Positions 31,388 to 41,741 of a DNA stretch of 64,000 nucleotides are shown piece after piece (position 1 is the first letter of the stretch; each line of letters begins with the position of its first letter). This DNA is from Nitrospinaceae bacterium (GTDB taxonomy: Bacteria > Nitrospinota > Nitrospinia > Nitrospinales > Nitrospinaceae). Under the pieces are notes generated by a model. It saw only the letters and a list, made by a program, of their open reading frames with translations, did not search any database and was not told the DNA's origin. The stretch covers positions 896,001 to 960,000 of the forward strand of contig OZ245011.1 in the NCBI GenBank assembly GCA_965223665.1, written 5' to 3'. The position numbers were made by a program, and so were the translations under genes.

Positions 31388-31777
31388 TTAATATTTGCAG
31401 AATATGTCAGGATAAAATACATATACATAATACTCCCCTCTCAATACAGACCCGGACACGTAGGTACGATAACCTTGATGAAGATAATATTTAGATACTT
31501 GGTATGCACGATTTTGCGTTACAAAAGGCCCAAAAACTCTTTTGCATACACCCTGAACTGAAAGAAATGAGGAAGAGGTATCGTAAAAATATCTTTCTCC
31601 TTCATCGCTTCTCACTCTTTCAGTTAATGTATGAGACCTCTTCCCTGAAAGTTTTTGAATGGCATGTTGCTCTTCACCATATACCAGTGGATTCCAAAGG
31701 AATATCAAACTCCCAAAAACCAGCGTATACAATAAAACTAATAAAATATAAATGGATAAATTTGTTTTGGTATTCAT
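31388..31777 (-). CDS. Hypothetical exported or membrane-anchored protein
   Basis: GGAGGGG RBS, long hydrophobic N-terminus, two Cys, aromatic-rich C-terminus. No family recognised. Confidence 0.6.
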   Translation of the reverse strand: MNTKTNLSIYILLVLLYTLVFGSLIFLWNPLVYGEEQHAIQKLSGKRSHTLTERVRSDEGERYFYDTSSSFLSVQGVCKRVFGPFVTQNRAYQVSKYYLHQGYRTYVSGSVLRGEYYVYVFYPDIFCKY

Positions 31778-32090
31778 GACGCCCCTCCGATTGAAAAACT
31801 ATAAATTTTGGCAGTTCTTGATCTCATCTTATTCACTCAATTTTCAAATCATCTTTAATAATCGATCTCAATGATTAATATGGTTCATTTGAGAGAATCC
31901 AGATATCGTTGAAAATATCCTTTTTTTATAGAATTCAAATGGAGACGATGTCATACATTAAATGACTGTTTTGCTTACATCCAAATGATGAGAAACGAGG
32001 AAAATCGGTAAGAAATTGTTAAGAGACGTCCAGGGTCTTACAGGCGAGGTCTTCTATAATCAGCTAATATTAAAAATTAACTTATTGGAA

Positions 32091-33491
32091 TCAGTAGGCA
32101 TGGCGGTTTAAAAATCCCTTCCATAGGGTGAGGGCAAGAATCTTCAAGTCAAAGAGCCAGGACCAATGCTGGATATAATATATGTCATGTTCAATACGTT
32201 TTTGGATGCACGTGTTTCCTCGCCAACCATTTATTTGAGCCCATCCGGTGAGACCCGCCTTCATTTTTAAACGAAAATTATAACTTGGAATTGACTTTTT
32301 GAATTCTTCTACAAAAATAGGTCTTTCAGGACGAGGCCCTACCAAACTCATGTCACCCATTAAAACATTTAACAATTGAGGAAGTTCATCTAAACTTGTC
32401 TTTCTAAGGATCTTCCCAAATCGGGTTGTCCTCATATCGTCTTCGACAGCCCACACTGGACCACAAATTTTTTCTGCTTCTTTCTTCATAGTACGAAACT
32501 TAAAAATCTTAAAAGACTTACCATCCAGGCCCACTCTTTCCTGAATAAAAAATATCGGACCCTTGGAATCGAGTTTAATTAAAACCGCAAGAACTAACAT
32601 TAATGGAAAAGAAACTACCAAGATCAAAAAAGAGCAAATTATGTCCGTCAGACGTTTAAAAAATGAATTCCAACCATATAAAGGACTTTCGTTCAAATTA
32701 ATAATCGGCAATCCATCAAAATCATCCACACCTCCTCTAAGATCCATAAATTTCAATAAATCCGGGACCACCTTAATATCGACCGCAGTATTTCTAATTT
32801 TAGAAATAATATTTTGAATTTGATTATTTGATTTAAATGGAAGTGCAATATATAAATGGTCAACAGCCTTTTCCTGGACCACCTCAGAAATTTCATCCAA
32901 CTTTCCTAATATTTCCATAGCCTTTTTTGTTGGACCCACTGAGGTCTGGTCGGTGACATGTCCCACAACGTTGAAACCCATTTCAGGAAAAACTTCAAAT
33001 TTTCTGGCCAAAGATTGAGCCAATTCTCCGGTCCCTACAATTAAAACATTTCTTAAATTTTTCCCCCTTCGGCGAAAAAACATCAACATTTTTCGAAGCA
33101 TTAAGTGAGTCAAAATCAGGCCCAAACTTATTTGCAGATAAAATAAAATTATGACCCCGCGAGAAATACTTTGCTGTCTGTAGAAAAACAAAATGGCCAA
33201 GAAAATAATTGTGGCCATAGTGGCACCCTTTAAAATATTAAAAAAATCATTCTTTAGTGGTTTCCCTCTTAGGGGTTCATATAATCCAGAAATTTTAAAA
33301 CTGGCTAAATAAATAATAAGAATAGGAATGATTAGGAAACTGTAGGACTCAATGGGAGGCAAACCCATCGTATCGTTAAACCAACCACTAAAAAATCTCA
33401 GATGAAAAGCCAAAAACCAAGACACACAAACAACAATTCCATCACTTAAAACAAGCGCTGATAAAAAAAACTGACTATATTTCTTTAGCAT
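32091..33491 (-). CDS. wcaJ: Undecaprenyl-phosphate glucose phosphotransferase (WcaJ-like)
   Basis: N-terminal TMs, VLIVGTG, KRLTDI, FKFRTM, SLDELPQLLNV..MSLVGPRPERP, GLTGWAQINGWRG. Confidence 0.88.
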   Translation of the reverse strand: MLKKYSQFFLSALVLSDGIVVCVSWFLAFHLRFFSGWFNDTMGLPPIESYSFLIIPILIIYLASFKISGLYEPLRGKPLKNDFFNILKGATMATIIFLAILFFYRQQSISRGVIILFYLQISLGLILTHLMLRKMLMFFRRRGKNLRNVLIVGTGELAQSLARKFEVFPEMGFNVVGHVTDQTSVGPTKKAMEILGKLDEISEVVQEKAVDHLYIALPFKSNNQIQNIISKIRNTAVDIKVVPDLLKFMDLRGGVDDFDGLPIINLNESPLYGWNSFFKRLTDIICSFLILVVSFPLMLVLAVLIKLDSKGPIFFIQERVGLDGKSFKIFKFRTMKKEAEKICGPVWAVEDDMRTTRFGKILRKTSLDELPQLLNVLMGDMSLVGPRPERPIFVEEFKKSIPSYNFRLKMKAGLTGWAQINGWRGNTCIQKRIEHDIYYIQHWSWLFDLKILALTLWKGFLNRHAY

Positions 33492-34641
33492 AGGGTTCTT
33501 TAAATCTTTCTTTTATTAGTTCATTAAATTTTTGGGAAAATATTTTCTTGTCATACAGCAACGCATGCTTTCTTAGAGCTTGCCTGCAAAAACTGGACTC
33601 AATTGTTTCAAAATGTTTAACCGCTTTAATTAGATAATGTTCATTTTGAGAATAAAAATAAACCCCTGTAGGTTGACTTGTTTTTTCCACGGGAATGTCT
33701 GTTTCCTTACACCAGGAGCCTTGATCAGGAATTACAGTCTCTAGTACTCCACCCTTACCGTAACAAATAACTGGGCTTCCCATTGCCTGAGCTTCCAATG
33801 GAACAATTCCAAAGTCTTCTTCTGCAGGAAAAATAATTGCTCGGCACTGCTCATAGTAGTCCCGAAGCTCGTTATCTGAAACCCAACCTAAAAACTTTAT
33901 ATTTGAATTTGCTATTTTCTTTAAACTTTCTACTTCTTGTCCATCTCCAATCACGATTAATGGAATTCCAAGTTCATTAAACGCTTTAATTGCTAAATCG
34001 ACTCTTTTATATGGGGCAAATGCTGAAACCATCAAATAAAAATCCTTTTTCACATTTCCCTGAGGGCAAAAAAATGAAGTGTCTACGGGAGGGTATAGAA
34101 CAGTTGAATCTCTTTTATAAAAATTTTGAATCCGCTTTTGAACAAATTTTGAAATAGCGACAAATTGACTAACATTTTTATTAGCACCCACATCCCATTG
34201 CCGTAACCAGGGACGGAGCCCTTTCATTATCCACCTTACAGAGGTTTTTGCTTTTTCCTTGCTGAAATAATTTTCAAATTGATCCCAAACATACCTCATA
34301 GGGGTAAAACAGTAACAAAGATGGGGAATTTCCGGTGGAACAATAATTCCCTTGGCCACACAATGGCTACTACTCAGAATTAAATCATAACCTTTAAAAT
34401 CCCAGCCCCTTACCGCGAAAGGCATGATCGGCAAATAATATCTATAGTGAGATTTAATTTTAGGAAACTTTTGCAGAAAGGAAGTATTAATCGAATGCTG
34501 TTCAATTTTTTCTGATATGGATCCCGGAATATGTAGTAGAGAAAATAAATCTGCTTGGGGAAATAGATCGCAGAAAACTTCCAAGCATTTTTCCCCACCC
34601 CGCATACCGGTAAGCCAATCATGAACGATGGCTATCTTCAT
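33475..34641 (-). CDS. Glycosyltransferase family 4
   Basis: MKIAIVHDWLTGMRGGEK, YKRVDLAI, EDFGIVPLEAQA. Confidence 0.92.
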   Translation of the reverse strand: MKIAIVHDWLTGMRGGEKCLEVFCDLFPQADLFSLLHIPGSISEKIEQHSINTSFLQKFPKIKSHYRYYLPIMPFAVRGWDFKGYDLILSSSHCVAKGIIVPPEIPHLCYCFTPMRYVWDQFENYFSKEKAKTSVRWIMKGLRPWLRQWDVGANKNVSQFVAISKFVQKRIQNFYKRDSTVLYPPVDTSFFCPQGNVKKDFYLMVSAFAPYKRVDLAIKAFNELGIPLIVIGDGQEVESLKKIANSNIKFLGWVSDNELRDYYEQCRAIIFPAEEDFGIVPLEAQAMGSPVICYGKGGVLETVIPDQGSWCKETDIPVEKTSQPTGVYFYSQNEHYLIKAVKHFETIESSFCRQALRKHALLYDKKIFSQKFNELIKERFKEPYAKEI

Positions 34642-34713
34642 GGTGGGATTTTAGGTGAGACAGTTAATTAAAAAAAGATACGTAAACCTAATTTCTATCT
34701 TTAGAGTAAGGGA

Positions 34714-35700
34714 CTATTTAATCTCCATCAACTGTTTTTCTATTTTTTTTCTAACTTCTTGAGGTGGGTTACTTTTTAATGCTGCTTCCAAAATATCCAA
34801 AGCCCGTCCCGTATCACCCTTCTTCTGATAACTTATTCCCATTAGCAATCTTGAATCATGGACTTTGTTACCGTTGGGATACTGATCAAGAACATTTTGA
34901 AATTGATTAATTGCTTCATCAAACATTTGTAACTTCAGATAATTGCTACCAATCCAGAACACAACATTATCTTTTAAGCTGTCCGGAGGATTTTTCAAGC
35001 TATATTCTTGGAATAACAATATGGACTCATCATAATTTCCCGCTCGATAGGCTGATAAGGCTTGGTCATACTCTGGAGGAGTCTTAAAAGAAGATTTCAT
35101 TCTAGGTTTAGCGGATTTACTAACCTTAGCCATTCGCGGCTGACTACTACTCTTTAAATCAGAAATCTCGCTATTCAGTCGAGCGATTTCTTCCTTAAGA
35201 GCTAATACCTCTGGTTCCAAGGATTGCGTTTCCATTGAAGCGGACCCTAAAGAACTCTCTAAACGATCCTGAGTTGCAGTAATTCTAGGTTCCATAGATT
35301 GAACAATTTCTTGCAATTCTCTTACCCGTGTTATTAAAGCTTCTTGCTGACTTTGCAGGGTTTCAATATCTGTTTTTAATTCTTTTTGGTCGGTATTTTG
35401 ATCTACACTAGCAAAGCCTCCCGTTCCCTCTTCGGAAAAAACATCGCCATCACTTGATCCCTGCGAACTAGATTTTTGCTCCCCTTCTGAAAAAAAATCA
35501 TCTTCCTTTGACTTTCCAGAAGCTTGATCAAATTCTGGATCGGGCTCACTGAATTCCTGTTCAAAGGCCAAATCTTCCTCATCAACATCTTTTTTACCGA
35601 ATGGCCATAGACTGCAACCGCTAAGGATTAAAGAGGAAGAAACCAACACAATTCCAAAGATTCGGAAAATTGGCTTATCGAGGGGCATAATTTTCTCCAT
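34714..35700 (-). CDS. Tol-Pal-associated CpoB/YbgF-like lipoprotein (coiled coil + TPR)
   Basis: Lipobox LSGC, acidic linker, coiled coil, C-terminal TPRs (YDQALSAY...DNVVFWIG...YPNGNK). Confidence 0.7.
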   Translation of the reverse strand: MEKIMPLDKPIFRIFGIVLVSSSLILSGCSLWPFGKKDVDEEDLAFEQEFSEPDPEFDQASGKSKEDDFFSEGEQKSSSQGSSDGDVFSEEGTGGFASVDQNTDQKELKTDIETLQSQQEALITRVRELQEIVQSMEPRITATQDRLESSLGSASMETQSLEPEVLALKEEIARLNSEISDLKSSSQPRMAKVSKSAKPRMKSSFKTPPEYDQALSAYRAGNYDESILLFQEYSLKNPPDSLKDNVVFWIGSNYLKLQMFDEAINQFQNVLDQYPNGNKVHDSRLLMGISYQKKGDTGRALDILEAALKSNPPQEVRKKIEKQLMEIK

Positions 35701-35817
35701 TTTGAGCCGAAAAAAGAATATGGCCTTTAAAATTAATAATATACAAAAATCAAATTAATCTTAACACAAAATTTGCTCTAAATTCCATATTTATAATATT
35801 TTTTAACCCTCCAACAA

Positions 35818-36978
35818 TTATGTAAGGTTGGAAATCGACTTTTTCTCTCTAATTTCCAGGATAATATTTTTAATATATTCAAAAGCTTTTTCTACCTCAT
35901 CTTCCGTAGTGTGCCGTCCTAAACTAATTCGAATAGAGTTAAATATTTTTTTTTCTGTAACTCCCATAGCAATTAAAACTTCAGAAGCTAATGCAGAACC
36001 TGAACTACATGCGGTTCCAGTAGAAATTGCCACCCCCATTAAATCTAATTTAATCATTAAGGACTGACCATCAACTTCGTCAAACCCCAAACAAAGGGTA
36101 TTTGGAAGACAATCTTCGGAAGCTCCCCAAAAATCAACCCCAACAATCTCACTGAGTATTTTATTTTTAAGGATGTCACGCAATCGACGAATTCGTTTGG
36201 AATCTTGTTGAACTCTTTTTTTTGCAATCGAAGCCGCTTTTCCCAAACCAACAATACCGGGGATATTTTCAGTTCCTCCTCGTCTCTTTTTTTCTTGTCC
36301 TCCGCCTGAAATCAAAGGGAATAAAGGAGGAGTTCCACGCTTAACATATAATGCACCCACACCCTTTGGACCATAAATTTTATGAGAGGATATGGAAAGC
36401 AAATCAATGGAACCATTAGATAAGTCCACCGGGATTTTCCCAACACTTTGAACTGCATCTGTATGAAAAAGAATTCCCCTTTCTTGAGCGATCCGGGAAA
36501 TTTCCTCGATGGGCTGAAGCGTCCCAACTTCACTATTAGCATGTTGAATAGAAATCAATGTGGTTTTAGGAGTTATACAATCTTGGATGGTTTCCTCATT
36601 TACCTTTCCAAAAGTATCTACTGGAACATAGTCAATTTTAAACCCCTGCTTCTCCAGATTTTTACAAGCGTTTAAAACGGCTGGATGCTCGACCTGGCTT
36701 GTAATGATATGATTTCCTTTTTCCTTTAATCCCCATGCAACACCCGAAATAGCAAAATTATCCGATTCCGTTCCCCCACTTGTAAAAATTATTTCTCCAG
36801 GACGGCAAGTTATTAAATCAGCAACCTGCTCCCTTGCTTCATCCATTTTTACTCTTACTTCACGACCTAAAGCATGGGTACTGGAGGCATTGCCAAAAAA
36901 ATCCCTAAAAAAAGGAAGCATTTCCTCTAGAACTTCCGGCTCTAAAGGGGTCGTTGCATTGTAATCAAAATAAATCAT
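35818..36978 (-). CDS. iscS: Cysteine desulfurase (IscS/NifS family)
   Basis: IYFDYNATTP, FTSGGTES, SSHKIYGPKGVG, STGTACSS. Confidence 0.9.
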   Translation of the reverse strand: MIYFDYNATTPLEPEVLEEMLPFFRDFFGNASSTHALGREVRVKMDEAREQVADLITCRPGEIIFTSGGTESDNFAISGVAWGLKEKGNHIITSQVEHPAVLNACKNLEKQGFKIDYVPVDTFGKVNEETIQDCITPKTTLISIQHANSEVGTLQPIEEISRIAQERGILFHTDAVQSVGKIPVDLSNGSIDLLSISSHKIYGPKGVGALYVKRGTPPLFPLISGGGQEKKRRGGTENIPGIVGLGKAASIAKKRVQQDSKRIRRLRDILKNKILSEIVGVDFWGASEDCLPNTLCLGFDEVDGQSLMIKLDLMGVAISTGTACSSGSALASEVLIAMGVTEKKIFNSIRISLGRHTTEDEVEKAFEYIKNIILEIREKKSISNLT

Positions 36979-37062
36979 TAATGCTTATCACACTATTGGA
37001 AAAGATTTTAAATTAATTATTTCTTACAAGAATGAATTCAGAAAGAGAACGCAAAACAATCT

Positions 37063-37788
37063 TTACGTATCATTTGAAGCTTTTTTAATGGTAGTATTCG
37101 GATTTAAGGGAACGGGTTCCGATGGTTCTGACCCTTCAACATTTTTATCATCTAAAGATTCTCTTAAGGTGCGAATTTCTTTTTCCATTTGCGGAAGTCG
37201 ATCCAAGACGCATTCAATGGCCTGGGCAACAGGATCTGGAAAAATCTCTTCACCATCTTCATCCTCAGCAGATATACCAGAAAATACAACCCGACCAGGA
37301 ACCCCAATAACAGTTGAATAAGCTGGAACACTTTGCACCACTACTGATCCAGAACCAATTTTACTGTTATTTCCAACTGCTACAGGACCTAATACCTGAG
37401 CACCAGCTCCAATTACAACATTGTCCCCAATGGTTGGATGTCGTTTACCCTTTTTCATACTTAATCCCCCTAAGGTTACACCATGATATAAAAAAACATT
37501 ATCACCAACCTCAGAAGTTTCTCCTATGACAACACCCATTCCATGATCAATAAAAAAACGCCGCCCAATTTTTGCAGCAGGATGAATTTCAATTCCAGTA
37601 AGCCACCTCGCCACATAAGAAATGAATCTGGCTATTAATTTAATATTATGCTTCCAGAGCCAATGATTAAAACGGTAAGCAATTACAGCATGGACCCCTG
37701 GGTAGCAAATTAAAACTTCCCAGGGATTTCGGGCCGCGGGGTCTTTTTCAAGAGCAATATTAATATCTTCTTTTATTTGTTTCAGCAT
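37063..37788 (-). CDS. cysE: Serine O-acetyltransferase
   Basis: [41 protein letters not shown]. Confidence 0.96.
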   Translation of the reverse strand: MLKQIKEDINIALEKDPAARNPWEVLICYPGVHAVIAYRFNHWLWKHNIKLIARFISYVARWLTGIEIHPAAKIGRRFFIDHGMGVVIGETSEVGDNVFLYHGVTLGGLSMKKGKRHPTIGDNVVIGAGAQVLGPVAVGNNSKIGSGSVVVQSVPAYSTVIGVPGRVVFSGISAEDEDGEEIFPDPVAQAIECVLDRLPQMEKEIRTLRESLDDKNVEGSEPSEPVPLNPNTTIKKASNDT

Positions 37789-37869
37789 CTTCTCAAATGA
37801 ATCGTAAATTCAAGGCTTTGTTGAATTGTAATATAACCCTAGCTTAAGGGCAATATTCAAAAAAACAAA

Positions 37870-37902
37870 ACCCCAACCGGATAAAAATCTATCAGCTGGG
37901 GT
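37870..37902 (-). terminator. Imperfect hairpin followed by a T-run on the minus strand
   Basis: ACCCCAACCGGATA...TATCAGCTGGGGT, with an A-run at 37859-37870. Confidence 0.45.
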
Positions 37903-37935
37903 CGAATATAGTAAAGGCAATCAAAAGGGGTCGAA

Positions 37936-38328
37936 TCAGTCAATTACATTGTGCCCCCGGTTACGCATACAATTTCTATAAGCATATTTAAATCGATCTT
38001 CCGAGCTAAAACCCTCTCTGGCCCCACCTCCAAACCCGCCAGCAGCGGCACCAATTGCAGCTCCTGTCCCTGGGTTTCCAGTGGCTGCACCAATAGCCGC
38101 ACCCGCAGCCGCTCCGATCATTCCTCCGATAATGGTCCCACGAGCGGTATTTTGGGCGGTTCCACCTGAAGCTTGCAAGGCTAAGGAACGACATTCATAT
38201 AAATCTTGACCAATACGGTCGGAGCGCGGATCACCATAAGGATCCACCGTCGGTTGGTACCCTCCCTGCGTTGCACACCCCGAAAAGTAAAAAGCGCCTA
38301 AAATGATCACTACTGGTATGAGTCTCAT
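37936..38328 (-). CDS. Glycine-zipper lipoprotein
   Basis: ATG 38328 follows AGGAGG. Lipobox FSGC, Gly/Ala zipper GGMIGAAAGAAIGAA, and YRNCMRNRGH. Confidence 0.85.
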   Translation of the reverse strand: MRLIPVVIILGAFYFSGCATQGGYQPTVDPYGDPRSDRIGQDLYECRSLALQASGGTAQNTARGTIIGGMIGAAAGAAIGAATGNPGTGAAIGAAAGGFGGGAREGFSSEDRFKYAYRNCMRNRGHNVID

Positions 38329-38639
38329 CTTCCTTCCTCCTGTTAAAGGAACATACAATCCCGGCAATCCCTATGCCTGAGGCAATTGACAAATTCAATT
38401 TTTTCCAAAAAAACATAAAACCATTATTTCCATCAAGTTTATCGCTTACCAGAATGAAATGTCAAAACCAAAGATTATTACAAATTAAGTCTCTTTTACA
38501 GCAAACCGCGTTTTGATTTAAAAATTTTGGAGAACTTTATCTATCTATTATTAATCTGGGGTGGCAACCATTGAGGACAAACTTACCAAATAGAACAAGT
38601 AAATTGTATATGGGAAATTAAAATATATTTTTTCAATAT

Positions 38640-39446
38640 CTAGGCTGATTTTTCTTCTTGAACGGAATCGCTATCTACTATCAATCCGGGTTCAACCTCA
38701 TGAAAACCCTGCAGTACTTTTTCTTGAGTTTCTTTATCAGAGGTTAAAATCACCCTTATAGGTTCATTAACTCCAAGCTGTTGAATCCGAATTAAACTCA
38801 TTCTTATCAATTCCAATAAAGATAAAAACGTTACTATTAATTCATCTTTTGTTTGAAGTTCCTCAAATAATGATTCAAAAATCAAACTTTGCCTGGCATT
38901 TAACATATCTAAAACAATTCGAAGTCGCTCTGCTACTGAAAGAGTGGTAATCTTAACTTCATAATCTTTACGAAAAGAATTTTCTTCAAGTATTTTTTTA
39001 AAAGCACTGAATAAATCAAACACAGTGGCATCCACTAAAGTATCGTCTCCTTCTTCCTCGAACACAAACTCACTTTGTCGAAAAAACATTTGTTGACGAT
39101 CATGTTCTTTTTGCCTCAATTCAAATGCTGCATTTTTAAAGCGCCTATATTCCATTAATCTTCTAACTAGAGCCGCCCTGGGATCTTCACCATCTTCATC
39201 TTCATCATCAGTTTGCACTTGAGGGAGCAGCAATTTCGATTTTATGCGTGTTAATTCAGCTGCCATCAGTAAATATTCACCAGCTATTTCTAAATTCAAA
39301 TCTTTAAGAAGATCAATATATTCCAAATATTGTTTTGTAATTTTTGCAATGGGAATATCGTAAATATCCATTTTCTGTTCTTTAATCAAATGAAGAAGCA
39401 AGTCTAGGGGCCCTTCAAAAATATCTAGTTTAAATTGATAAGTCAT
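38640..39446 (-). CDS. scpA: Segregation and condensation protein A
   Basis: FEGPLDLLLHLI, IKSKLLLP, IVTFLSLLEL. Confidence 0.95.
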   Translation of the reverse strand: MTYQFKLDIFEGPLDLLLHLIKEQKMDIYDIPIAKITKQYLEYIDLLKDLNLEIAGEYLLMAAELTRIKSKLLLPQVQTDDEDEDGEDPRAALVRRLMEYRRFKNAAFELRQKEHDRQQMFFRQSEFVFEEEGDDTLVDATVFDLFSAFKKILEENSFRKDYEVKITTLSVAERLRIVLDMLNARQSLIFESLFEELQTKDELIVTFLSLLELIRMSLIRIQQLGVNEPIRVILTSDKETQEKVLQGFHEVEPGLIVDSDSVQEEKSA

Positions 39447-39506
39447 AGTTTTTTCAGGGATTTCTTCTTCCCTTCTCCAGAATAAAAATTATGAAAATAA
39501 GTGGGA

Positions 39507-40244
39507 TTAAATATCGCCCCATATATGTTGCAATAAAGACAAAACTACTAAGGATGCTGAATCGGCTCTAAGCTTTCTCGGCCCTAGAGAAACAGTTTTA
39601 AAGCCATAACATTTTGCCTGTTCAACTTCCTCTCGAGACCAACCTCCCTCTGGACCCACGAGAAATGCAATACTTTTAATATCACTTTCCTTTGAGAAAT
39701 CCCTCAGGCTGGTAATTGCTTCTTGTTCCCAAAAAATAAATTTCAAATCAGATTCCTGAACCAAATCAAAATATTGCTTCAAATCTAAAATTGAGGGATA
39801 CACCTCAGGTATTTTTGTTCTTTCACTTTGTTTAGAAGCTTCTTGAGAAATTCTTTGCCATCGTTCAAGTTTTTTTGACTCTTCAGCTTTTTTAAATTTG
39901 GGAATGCTACGAATAGTATGAAGAGGAACGACCGAACCAACGCCCAATTCTACCGCTTTTCGCACCAAGTTATCAAATCGATTCCCTTTTATTAGAGACT
40001 GCCCCATCCAAATAAAAACTGGAGATTCTGTTTCTAGCTTTTGTTGCGCAACAATTTTTCCCTTTACTTTGTCATGTTTAACCTCCATTACTTCAACTTT
40101 AAACTGATTTCCATTCCCATCTAATGCGTAAAAACAATCTCCTTTTTTAAGACGTAATACCCTTCCTATGTGATTTACGTCCGGACCCACTATTGTAACT
40201 AAGTCTTCTGAAAAACCTTCAAGCGGTACAAAAAAACGATGCAT
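39507..40244 (-). CDS. rsmE: 16S rRNA m3U1498 methyltransferase
   Basis: HIGRVLRL, KAVELGV, EASKQSER, VGPEGGW, LGPRKLRA. Confidence 0.93.
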   Translation of the reverse strand: MHRFFVPLEGFSEDLVTIVGPDVNHIGRVLRLKKGDCFYALDGNGNQFKVEVMEVKHDKVKGKIVAQQKLETESPVFIWMGQSLIKGNRFDNLVRKAVELGVGSVVPLHTIRSIPKFKKAEESKKLERWQRISQEASKQSERTKIPEVYPSILDLKQYFDLVQESDLKFIFWEQEAITSLRDFSKESDIKSIAFLVGPEGGWSREEVEQAKCYGFKTVSLGPRKLRADSASLVVLSLLQHIWGDI

Positions 40245-40252
40245 TTTACAAA

Positions 40253-40972
40253 TTATTTTGAAATTTTAAGCAGGTCGGTTAAGGAAGAAATTTCGTAGTT
40301 AGGAACGATTCCAGATGGAAGAACCTTATGGTTTCTATTAATCCAGGCTGACAAAATTCCCACCCCTTGAGAACCCTCTACATCTGCATGCAAGTTATCT
40401 CCTACATATAGTATCTCTTCAGGTCTATAGTTCAAGCGATGAATGGCTAACTGGAAGATGGAGGAATGTGGCTTACGAAAAGGAACGACTGAAGAATATA
40501 TTGAAAACTCAAAATAAGGGTTCAGACCAGAAAGGGATAATTCATACTCTTTCATATATCCAGGGTTAGTGGTATTGGAAATAATACCCATTCGAACTCC
40601 CATTTCCTTTAATGCATCCAATGTGGGAATAACGTCCGAATAAACCTTTCTCCTTGAATATATGACTGAGTAATATTTTTTAACCAGGTCTTTAATATCA
40701 AATTTTCCATTTAAGCTAACACTATTTTGAATCAACAAATAATTTAGGGCATTTTCAAAATTAGCTTCCAAACCGGTTTCTCGAGATATTTCAATCATTC
40801 GATAAAAGTGAAGTTTAAAGGTTTGATAGAAACTTTCAAAAGATACCAAATTAATATTTTCGGATTCCAAAAAGTCATAAACAAACTTTAGAGGTTCCCG
40901 ATCATTTTCATTAACCAAGTCAACTAAAGTGTAAGCCCAATCAAACAGGACTGCTTTATAAGGAAATTCCAC
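40253..40972 (-). CDS. HAD-superfamily hydrolase
   Basis: VLFDWAYTLVD, GIISNT, KPHSSIF, YVGDNLHADVEG. Confidence 0.85.
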   Translation of the reverse strand: MEFPYKAVLFDWAYTLVDLVNENDREPLKFVYDFLESENINLVSFESFYQTFKLHFYRMIEISRETGLEANFENALNYLLIQNSVSLNGKFDIKDLVKKYYSVIYSRRKVYSDVIPTLDALKEMGVRMGIISNTTNPGYMKEYELSLSGLNPYFEFSIYSSVVPFRKPHSSIFQLAIHRLNYRPEEILYVGDNLHADVEGSQGVGILSAWINRNHKVLPSGIVPNYEISSLTDLLKISK

Positions 40973-41178
40973 AAAAAACGCCTCTCATAAAAATAAATTA
41001 AAAATCCTTATTTAATAAATAGTTATTTATTTCTTTTAAATGCAAAACATTAATTTTGAAAAAGGGGAGCTTCTTTTTCTACTAACAATTCCAAATTGAA
41101 TTATTTGCAGAGGTTTAATATTATCACAGTCTATCAATCTCTTATCAATTCGGTTTCCTTTATTGGATTTAATTAATA

Positions 41179-41724
41179 ATGAAATCACAGAATCAAAAAT
41201 TGAAAAGTTTTCCCTCTAACATTTGCAATAATAAAGAACTAATTCAGGAGGCAATTGATCTTGGTAGCGTTCAGACCAAGATTATCTTAATTCAAAATAT
41301 TGCATTAGGAAATTGGATTAAACTTCAATGTCAATTTGGGTGCTCCTATTATGGGCGTAGACATACCTGCCCAGGCTATTCTCCCTCCAGTTTTGAAATG
41401 GCAGAAATTCTTTTGGACTATCAGAAAGTCTTGGTTGTAGAGTCCACTTCGTCGGAACTCACCAACAACATAGTATTGAATTTGGAAAAAAGATTTTAAC
41501 AAAAAGGTATGTATAAAGCTTTTGCACTTGGAGCCACTCCCTGCAATCTCTGCGAAACGTGTAATACAGAAGTGGCTTGCAAATATCCCGAAAAAGCTCG
41601 CCCCACCATAAAAGCCTGTGGCATCGATATAGCCCAAACACTAAATAATATAGGTTGGATTTTTGATCCTAAAAATGAACCCTGTTCTTCTCAATTACCC
41701 CTCGGAATGGTTTTAGTCAATTGA
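41179..41724 (+). pseudogene. DUF2284-type Cys-rich metal-binding protein interrupted by an in-frame TAA at 41497-41499
   Basis: ORFs 41179..41499 and 41509..41724 share a frame: CQFGCSYYG..TCP...LEKRF*QKGMYKAFALG..PCNLCETC...CKYPEKARP..ACGID. Confidence 0.72.
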
Positions 41725-41741
41725 TCCTTTTACCTAAACCT

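Noticed and set aside
19801-41499. Genome-wide reassignment of TAA suggested by two in-frame TAA codons
   Set aside because: TAA ends many well-conserved genes here at their expected C-termini (for example argS, yejE, mscS, moxR).
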